Shown piece by piece: positions 55,229 through 64,000 of a DNA stretch of 64,000 nt; the first letter of the stretch is position 1, and each line of letters starts with the position of its first letter. The notes under the pieces were generated by a model. That model saw nothing but the letters and a program-made list of their open reading frames with translations, ran no database searches and had not been told where the DNA came from. Position numbers and translations under genes: made by a program. The DNA lies in assembly GCF_002113885.1 (NCBI RefSeq), contig NW_018406838.1:189490-253489 (forward strand), in the 5' to 3' direction. Source of the DNA: Mizuhopecten yessoensis (taxonomy: Eukaryota).

Positions 55229-56001
55229 GGAACGCGTCAAAATCTCGAAAAATTATCCATGACTTGCCCGAAAAAAAGATTACTGCTGGATTCTTTACTA
55301 CAGCTACATAATGACCAAATCATAAATTTATCTAAGGCAAGTAATTATGCTACAATTGCAAGCTTATTATCATCATGTTGTGATACTTGGTTATACTTTT
55401 CATATATCAAGTGCCCTAGCTTGCAACAAACTCAATTCCTTCCCCATAGCTTACACTCTTCCTCTCGAAGCATGCAATCATATGGTAGTGAACACCAGCA
55501 ATTTACATTATCTCTGTCCATTAGTGGTACACTTAAATACAATGACTGTGTACCTAAATTAGATGTTCTGTATCAGCACTGCAGCAGTAACTGTCAGTGG
55601 GGTTGAACCAGCACACCAAGACCACCTATACCGATTAGTATTACTATATATAGTAATGAAGTAGAAACGCACACTTTGTATATATACAGTAGTCTGGGAC
55701 TGGAAAACCACAGACCAAAATTCTTTCAGTCTGTTTCTATAAATAGAGAAATATTTCTATTCATTCATAACCATTTATCTACATTTTTTTTTTTTACTAA
55801 ATTTTGAAACTGTTTTAGCAAAATGTGTTCAACACATATGCAAATTGTGCACAGCTCTATATAGTATATACTTGTGATTTCTAATCGTGGAGGTGAACAT
55901 GTTCCCAGTATTAGTGAAAAATCTTACAGATGTACATTGGTTACAGATAAACATGATGGTTAAATCCAAAAATGGGAGGGACAGATCAAGAACTAGCCTT
56001 A

Positions 56002-56156
56002 TGTAACAGAAAGAGAATAGTGTGCTTCCAACGGGGAGCAAACCTGCGATCCCAGACTTCCTAGTCGGACACTCTACCACTGAGCTTAAGGGAAATTCCC
56101 TCTAGCTTGAAGCTAGAAGGCGACCGTAATCCTATGAACAATTAAAATCTGCCACA
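56002..56156. mobile_element. Solo LTR containing a tRNA-like Pol III cassette (Helenus-like TRIM)
   Basis: TGTAACAGA...TCTGCCACA termini; exact 4-bp TSD CTTA (55998-56001, 56157-56160); minus-strand AGCTCAGTGGTAGAG A box and decayed T arm. Confidence 0.72.
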
Positions 56157-56972
56157 CTTATAGTTAATATTCATGTGCACCATGTCTATTGTGAAACTAT
56201 TTGTTGTTCATTTTTAACTAGCATGATCGAGGCCTTAATAGATTTATGTCTTGAATATCTTTATCTTGGAAGGTTAATTACAATCTGTTTTTGACTGTTT
56301 TCACTTGAATACTTCTTCACTGAAGTGTGTTTGTCAACCATTATGTCAAAAACCATTTCACCCGAACTGTTTTCCATGTTGCCCCACTTATGTATAGTTC
56401 TTTTGCCCCAAACTGACAACCATATAGCCTCAAAGTGTCCATCACTCCAAAAGCTGTATTTCCCAAAAACAATGGCATGTAGTAGGTGACAATTATTGTG
56501 TATACATAATAATGAATTATGGAAAATTACAGGAATCTCTAACATGGACAAGAACTTACCAGGTAATTTTACATCTGTTTAAGGGTCTGGCTTTGAGGTG
56601 AAAGATGGTTTGGGTAATATGAATGAAAATTGGGGCAAAACAGTTTGAGGCATAACAGTTTTTAGGCAAATTGTCCGACACCTGGTTGAACTATATCTAT
56701 ATATAGGCAACACTCAATAACAACAACCACCTATTATTATGTAGCTGTATGGGTCATCCTAGGTAAGGGCCTAAATTAATCAAATCAAATCCAGTTTGTA
56801 ACACTCTGACTGATAACAATTAGTTCTATGGCATAAATAACTTATACATAACATCTGTGATAAAATATATATTTATGTCCAATTTGCAAAATGTGATATA
56901 AGCATGTAATGTATGCCTTTTACCCGAATAAATATTATATTATTATTATGAAATGTCTAATCTATTTAGTTA

Positions 56973-57134
<162 letters not shown>

Positions 57135-57179
57135 TTAGCTACAAGTCTTATTATATGTACAATACTGAATCGCATGACA

Positions 57180-57750
57180 GTTTACGTATACATAGTGGAT
57201 CACTTTCTGTGATCTGTATCAACGGTAACAGTTCGTAAACAACAGACCCGGGAATCACCCGAACCTGTGAGTGAGTGAGCGTTTACATAGCACAGCATTA
57301 CAAACATCCCACGTCAAAGTTTGTCAAGTGATCTTCTGTTGTCAAATATTCAATACACACCGACACCGGTCGTGAGTCACATTCTGTAGTTTCACACGTG
57401 AATCGTCTGTAACTAACATTCTTCGAATTTGCATTCACGACATTTCGTGGGTGTTAATCTTTCGATGATGTTTGCATTCATTCTGAAAATCTGCCAATAC
57501 ACGATACACCCAAACGCATGCGCTTTACTGATTTTGTGCTGATTTCCGCTGTTTGTAGCCCGACAACTTCAGTCGTAGTCAAACCGAACACGATTATTGG
57601 AGGAAAAGGCGTGAATCATCCTAGATATAAACCCTTAAACACACATGTGCTGTCATGTTGATCTTCCTAAAGTGAAACTGATCTATAGGTCTTAACTTGG
57701 TTTTCCGCAGAATTTGGTGTATATACTACTGGATACAAATTAAAAAGGTA
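57180..57750. promoter_or_regulatory. CpG-enriched, probably bidirectional promoter with NRF1-like motif
   Basis: Locally CpG-rich in a CpG-poor window; CGCATGCGC (NRF1-like) at 57515-57523; CCAAT at 57494-57498; lies just upstream of the FAM102A ATG, with a + strand acceptor/donor pair at 57711-57747. Confidence 0.55.
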
Positions 57751-58112
57751 ATTGACATTTTAATCTTAGTAAAACAGTAATTATGACATGTGATGAATGC
57801 ACCTGTTTGCTTGTGACACTGGCACAGGCAATGCAAGTGTATATCCTGTTAACTTTTACACTTTGCTACATTAGCATATATGTACATTACACTAGTATAT
57901 AGTGTCTTAACTTGTCTTTCATAACACTTGTACGACATACAAGTGTGATATTATATGCTCTACTGTATAATTTTAGCATATCTAATTTGAATTGTTGTCC
58001 TGATTTTATAGTTATTCATAAGTACTGTGATCCTTGTTAAATTTTATATATGTTTTGTCGCAAGAATAGCACTACAGTGCTAATGTTATTATGTTACATG
58101 TATATGCGACGT

Positions 58113-58152
58113 TAAATAAAGCTTCTTGAATCTTGAATCTTGTGAATCTTGA
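58113..58152 (+). mobile_element. Probable LINE 3' tail (AATAAA plus (TCTTGAA)n)
   Basis: AAATAAAGCTTCTTGAATCTTGAATCTTGTGAATCTTGAA. Confidence 0.45.
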
Positions 58153-58179
58153 AGCTTCCCAAATTTTGCATTATTAAAA

Positions 58180-59631
58180 TGTCCCGGTCACACATCCACG
58201 GATCGGACGCCGGATTCTGCTTCTGCCTGGTAATAGTCTCAAACAGGTTGAAGATTCTGCTATGTACGTAGGTGGTGTGTATGGTGCATGACTTGCGTCG
58301 AAAGGATAAAAGTTGATACAAACAGGATAAAAACCAAGGACCTCAGAGTTTTGATACACTGGCCTTGAAGGGGTGTCAGGTCATTTCAGTAACAATTTGT
58401 TTCGGTAACAAGACAAAAGTCGTTTCGGGACATGTTAAAAGTCATATCAGGATTTTTCTTCTATTTTCTTCTTCTGTAGATACCATTGTCTTTTCTTTAA
58501 ACATATTTTAATGTCAAATAAACTTAAACAATCGATTGGATAAAAGTTATTACAACTTATCAAAGCCTTCTACCGTCATACATTTACCATTACATGATTT
58601 TAATAAAACATGAATAAAAATACACAACATAATAACATCACTCAAAATATATTGCTGGATTTGATGAATTGATTCTCATGCATGTCTAAAACATTCGATG
58701 TGTTTAACGCTTTTACTTTCATGAAATTTGATTTCAATATAGCGAAAATAAAATGCTGAAAACATTGTTAGAATCAATGTTAACTCATTTGTCTCTTAAT
58801 GTGAATAATGGAGAATAGAACGAATTGAAAACATATTATTACAATATCAAACAAGGAATCAACCAATCTATAACGAAAGAAATTGAATGTTGAATTTCAT
58901 AAGTTCCTTAGATCTGTATTTAATAATGAGATTTGTTTCATCAGGTAACAACACACTGTCAGCCGGGTAAATGTTGGTAGATATCCCCTCAATCGCAAGC
59001 AATCAGGGTAACACTAATGATCCCGAGCACGGGTAAGTCGTGACAGGTCATACAGAACTTTATATGAAACGGGAGCAAAATTTATAATTTATAAGTGAAA
59101 ATTTTATATGACTCGAAACGACTTGATTAAGTCCCGAAACATCTTGTGTCATGTCCCGAAATGACTTGTTACCGAAACAACTAGCATTCCTTGAAGGCGT
59201 CCAGGATTAGCCACGGATACGATCCGGCATCATTCATGGCAACCTGTAGTGGTACGTTGCTGTCCGTATCGTATCCTAGGTCAATCGTAGTAGTACTTGT
59301 ATATCCGTGACAATTTTGAACATGTTAAAAAATTCACCACGGATCAGACAACTGTAGTGCTAATTCGTGCTAACCCGTATATAAAATTGTAGCGAACCGT
59401 TGTTAATCAGCAGTGCATACGCCATGACACATGTGATTGAATACCTAACCATAAGAAACCTTAGCAATCTGTATCATTCCCCGTTGTCAACTACATGTAG
59501 CCCCTATATACCCATAGTCAAACCGTGGTGCATCTGTAGCGGACCACGGATATAGACTATTCCGGGGTCATCTGTGAGTTTCCATCGGTAGTGGATCTGG
59601 TGGGACGATCCGTGAATGTGTGACCAGGGCA
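58180..59631. mobile_element. PIF/Harbinger-like MITE with a nested insertion
   Basis: TIRs TGTCCCGGTCACACATCCACGGATCG / CGATCCGTGAATGTGTGACCAGGGCA; many internal ACGGAT/ATCCGT motifs; TSD degraded. Confidence 0.7.
58372..59188. mobile_element. Mutator-like MITE nested in the Harbinger-like MITE
   Basis: 9-bp direct repeat CCTTGAAGG at 58363-58371 and 59189-59197; sub-terminal inverted GTTTCGG/CCGAAAC arrays; AT-rich core. Confidence 0.65.
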
Positions 59632-61553
59632 GTAGACACACATCAGCATGTAGAGTGACATGCCATTAGTCTTTTTTCTCATTGGATTCTATGTTGATTT
59701 AACTTTTTTTCAATGAAATTTCCCAACTTCATATTTTTGTTCCATTTTAATGAAATTCCAACGCAAAAGAAAACAAAAGATCAAAGAATATATTCACAAT
59801 ATCATGTCAAAGCGTGGTTCGATGCCTTAAATTTTTGTTCCCAAACTCTATAATTAGTTCGCTTCTGTTTGTGCACTAATGTTTATTTACACTATGTACA
59901 TTACATGACATTGAATGTTCTAGTAGAATGAAGCACTGAGTTTCCTGGGGTGTTTGTTCCAGTGCACATTTAGTCGACTCTTGAAGGTATTTATGTTTGC
60001 TGCTTAAACTAATGCCTTCCGAGAGAGATTTCCATCTATTAACCACTTTTCTTTTTTTCTTCCGATAACTGCGACAGAACTCATGAGTGCAATTGTCGCT
60101 ATCAGGTGTTCATGGAGGTGGCATTTATGTAATAACACATTTTTATAATGATTTATTTGGAGATGAATAGATACATGGCAACAAATGTAGGTTAAAAGAA
60201 AGTATGTTTTTATACTGGCAGAAGGCATGTGCACTCGGTTGCTGAATATATTTTTGCTGACGTTTAGTCTGAATGCTTTCTTTAAGAGCTTTTTTTTTAA
60301 TAGTACGTAGGACAATGACGTGTATGTGGTGGCCAAACAGTTGCTTAAGCTGGGCTTTCCCTAGGGCATCTATGATCTACTTTCTCATTTTATGTATCTT
60401 ATTATGAAATAAAGGCATATCTTGCTAGCTGAAACATCATGGGTCGGAGGAGGGGGTCATAGCTTACTGCAGATCATTCAACAGGCCTGTGGAGGTGTCT
60501 GTAAATTACATGTATCTGGAAATAATGAAAGACTGAGTATCTTAAATGGTCCTGATGTTGACTTGATAGAGTGATGGAGTTTGCAGGGGCCTGATTTTTA
60601 GTCTTTCACAGTGTATGGAAAAAGAGATTGCCTAAAATTTTCTGAATTGCACAATAAGATATGGAGTTTTGAGAGTTTCGCTTTCTGGTTGATGTTGCAT
60701 TACATTTTAAAAGTCATCCACATGTGGTAGGGTCATTTGTGTGTCAATTCTTCTTTTCAAAACTATGAATGGACTAGTTGCAGATCCTCCAGTTTTCTTA
60801 GGTAGCAGTATACAGTCATGGTTGTGGCCATGGGTGATATTTTTGTTAAATGGCTAACCCCTGTAGAATGATATGTAAAAAAAATATAAAAATAAAACTG
60901 TACTAAAATTGGTATAAGCATGATGAAGTGGGCTATGTGAGCTTCACATTTGTAAAAAAGAAAGAAGATTTCTTTGGTTCGAGAATAAAATTTTGGCCAT
61001 AATCTGAAAGGGTGTGTACACATGAAAAGCTAGCTTTACAGGAGGAAAAATTTTGACAACAGCACACGACGCAAAATTGCAAAAAATCAAGTTTTACAAC
61101 TTTACTGGGACCCAGATAATTCTGCAACCAGGTAGGTAATCTTTAATTTCAGACAGAGCTTAGGAAAAAAATTACTAGTTGCGGGGGTCAAATTTTGGGT
61201 TAAAAATAGCAATTTTTGGAATTTTTTGGTATTTTTTGATGTGGTAACCATGGTTTTCACACAAGTGACATACATAGAAAAAAGAGGTTTATACACTTCT
61301 CAGTACTTTATATGTATTGTAAATGTAATGCAGTTTACAAATATACTCACATGTATACATGCGTTGTGTAGGGTAAATCCGCTGTGTTTACATTTCCTCA
61401 ACATGTGCCTTGTTTATCAGTCGGGCCATTTCTACTGTATACTGCTACCTTACGCTTGTATCCCTGCTATGATATATGGTGTTATAAACCTTGTGACTTG
61501 ACGTTAGACTTTCTCAAGTATGCCTGTAAGTAAGTCTATATATCCTTCTGAAG

Positions 61554-61603
61554 GTTTGAGTCCCAGGAGGTGGAGCTATATAAAGATACATCTTCATCAC
61601 AAG
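61554..61603 (+). other. Probable upstream exon (5'UTR or coding) of the plus-strand gene
   Basis: tccttctgaag| ... CAAG|GTATGT, followed by a 64-nt intron to the 61668 acceptor; open in frame with the downstream ATG. Confidence 0.45.
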
Positions 61604-61672
61604 GTATGTTTCTAATAGCAATGCAAGACTAACAGTAATTTCCATATGCCTTTTTTTGCTGTTTTAGTCTCG

Positions 61673-61765
61673 ATGAAGTTCTACGTACACTCCAAAGAAC
61701 ATGGGTTTACCATGGTGGTCAGATGTGAGGAGGACTACAACGGAACAGTGGAGGACATCACTAAG
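61673..61765 (+). CDS. Coding exon of an unidentified plus-strand gene
   Basis: Strong acceptor cctttttttgctgttttag|61668; ATG at 61673; MKFYVHSKEHGFTMVVRCEEDYNGTVEDITK; consensus donor AAG|GTAAGC, phase 0. Confidence 0.7.
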
Positions 61766-61849
61766 GTAAGCTGGTTGGCAGTAGCAGCCATACATGTACC
61801 TGGTATATTATATAGGTACTGCCATCGTAATTAAACTTTTATTACTTTC

Positions 61850-62740
61850 TGAATAAAATCAGCTCGATCAGGAAAAATATTGCCGAAGTGAACTATACTG
61901 CTGACAATGATATCTCTTGTCATGACTGCTGACATTGAATTTGATGGGGAACCATTGACAAAGCTCTCACCAACAACCCAGGACGAGCTGTGCAATATCA
62001 TCATGACCACGCAATCAAAGTCCTGTGAGCATGATCCCCTGCCTACAGACCTATTAAAACAATGTCTTGAAGCACTGTTTCTTTTGATTACCTCAATCAT
62101 GAACAAATCATTGGCTGAGTCAAAGGTTTCACTGTGTTTCAAGAAGGCACATGTTAGACCATTGTTGAAGAAGCCTGGAATGGACAAGGAGGAGTTAAAG
62201 AACTACCGCCTACTATCAAATCTGCCTTTTCTGTCGAGGATCTTGGAGAAGGTTGTGTCCCGGCGTTTAGAGGTTCATCTCCATGCAAGCAGTCTCCGTT
62301 ACAACATGCAATCGGCCTACCAAATGGGACACTCTACTGAGACGGCCCTCCTACATGTACATAATGGCATAGGTTTTGCATTGGATAACAAGTGCAGAGC
62401 GGTGCTTGTCATACTGGACTTTTGACGTCATCAACCATGGCATACTTTATAAATGTCTGGAGTACTCATATGGAGTGACTGATACCACACTATGCTGGAT
62501 ACAGTCATACCTGAGTGAACGACGACAGTGTGTTGCCATCGGATCTGCCACCTCACATGACAAAGTACTAGATTTCAGGGTTCCTCAAGGGTCGGTGTTA
62601 GGACCACGGAAATATTGCCTGTACTCCAAACTGATTGGAGAGATTTGTAGTCGCCATAACCTTCGCTATCATTGCTATTTTGATGACACCCAAATTTACA
62701 TAGTCATCAAACCACAGGACAGTTGGGATACAATTTTAGA
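61850..62740 (+). pseudogene. Degenerate CR1/L2-group non-LTR retrotransposon ORF2 (RT) fragment in an intron
   Basis: KSCEHDPLPT, PLLKKPG..NYR.LSNLPFLS.ILEK.V, QSAY..GHSTETALL, VPQGSVLGP, YFDDTQIY (YADD mutated); frameshift/deletion at ~62420 within the LDLSAAFD motif; truncated at both ends. Confidence 0.93.
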
Positions 62741-63240
62741 AAATCGGCAATACCATGGCACCCTAATTACCATGGCAATGATAGTGGAGGTCACTGCAAT
62801 GGTAATGATATAATGGAGGTCCCTGACATGGTAATTGTAGTGGAGGTCATTATCTTTGCAAATATCTTTTATTTCCCTATGGAAATCAATTGTTGTTTAT
62901 TATGTTTTGATATATTGCTACATTTTAAACGGTTGATTGTTTCTGTATAGTAATGTAATACAAATTTTGGATTACTTTCGACAACAGTATTCATAATTTG
63001 GGTCAAATTGTTCAATTTTGATGAAACCTGGTCAGGTTATGTGAAAATTTGAATTCAACATAAACATTACACTTTGCTTGGAAGCTAATTACTAGAAATG
63101 TCAGCTAACTTCTGGTGACTGTTCTCCTGTCTTAATTGCCATCATTCAACTTAAATCCCTTCTTGTGGGTCACCTGCCCTACTGAGTTTTGATTGTGAGT
63201 GTTTTTATTCTTTTCATACTTTACTAAATATGATTTTCAG

Positions 63241-63311
63241 ATGTTTGTTAAAGAATTAAAGAAGAAATTACCAACGGTATGCCCAGACAATGACGTGGAA
63301 GTGAGGAAAAG
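63241..63311 (+). CDS. Next coding exon of the unidentified plus-strand gene
   Basis: Pyrimidine tract and gattttcag|ATG; phase 0 continues as MFVKELKKKLPTVCPDNDVEVRK; donor AG|GTGTGT (alternative GAA|GTGAGG at 63300). Confidence 0.6.
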
Positions 63312-63490
63312 GTGTGTATACCAGAACAGGGCAGAGTCATTAACTCCATCAGCTATGTATTAAGGATCCCCGTACCACTGCCAAATAAACTCTAACTGCA
63401 CATTGGAAACTGAAAAGAAAACCATACCTTTTAGAACTTGTATAAAAAGTCACAAAGATGAAATCAAATAAATAAATAACAATCAAAGGC

Positions 63491-63652
63491 AGTGTTCTTA
63501 TTGTAAAAAGAATTGTGAAGCTAGACCAGGGTTCGAACCCTTAACTTTCAACTTGTTGTGCTACAGTTCTAACTGACTGAGCAGCACAATAGTGTTCAAG
63601 TCATAGCGAACCTGTAGTGAAGGGGAGGTTACTATATGTACGAAAAACCACA
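63491..63652. mobile_element. Second tRNA-containing solo-LTR-like element
   Basis: Flanked by AGGC (63487-63490, 63653-63656); ends ...ACCACA, 5' end AGTG (expected TGTG); minus-strand GCTCAGTCAGTTAGA and GGTTCGAACCC boxes. Confidence 0.5.
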
Positions 63653-64000
63653 AGGCAATGGGCCAGGTATCCTTAAGTTGTAATTTTCAGAAGGACACAT
63701 GACTAAACAGACAGCTACTAGGTACACCTGATGTCATCAATTTACAGGCATTTTCTGTTACCTGTCTTTTACTGGACACCAACATTTTATGTTTGACCCG
63801 TGTTATATTGTGTCTCTCTGGACACCAATGGTATACCCATTATCAGTGTTTGACCCTGTATGACCTCGCATGACCTTGTACATATGTATATGTTTCCCCT
63901 GTGTTAACATTTTGCGACGATCTTTGTATCACTATTACTAAATCTTCTATGGTTCAGTTGAAATACATAATTTCTGATATATTAAGGATGTGTTGTTTTC

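Noticed and set aside
56020-56090. Functional tRNA gene
   Set aside because: T loop degenerate (GGTTTGCTCC), stems mismatched, and enclosed by LTR-like ends with a TSD.
61577-61585. TATA box (TATATAAAG) for the plus-strand gene
   Set aside because: It would put the TSS at or after the donor at 61604; more likely exon-internal.
61907-62813. Active or domesticated reverse transcriptase
   Set aside because: Frameshift in a core motif, YADD changed to YFDD, truncated at both ends, no endonuclease domain.

Overview
AT-rich eukaryotic (animal) genomic DNA, most likely from a bivalve mollusc; this is inferred only from the repeat families. About a third of the window is minisatellite. Nearly all ORFs in the supplied track are artefacts of repeats or intron sequence. 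The real coding content is (i) a complete 8-exon FAM102A/EEIG1-family gene on the minus strand (57122->13407; 1008 nt, 335 aa; all introns GT-AG with consistent phases) and (ii) the first exons of an unidentified plus-strand gene (61673-61765, 63241-63311), probably transcribed divergently from a shared CpG-rich promoter near 57.2-57.7 kb. Mobile elements include nested and head-to-tail pearl/HINE (Helentron-associated) elements with internal ~150-bp repeats, a pogo/Tigger-type non-autonomous element with TA TSD, hAT-, Harbinger- and Mutator-like MITEs, SINEs, a dead CR1/L2 RT fragment, and two ~160-bp tRNA-containing solo LTRs with 4-bp TSDs (Helenus-like). The most unusual observation is that several intronic tandem arrays are amplified copies of the adjacent exon's own 5' splice junction. 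This is clear for exons 2 and 5, decayed for exons 4 and 7, and possible for exon 6. The closely similar arrays carry intact duplicate donors, while the diverged copies have lost the GT. All alignments were done by eye and no searches were run.
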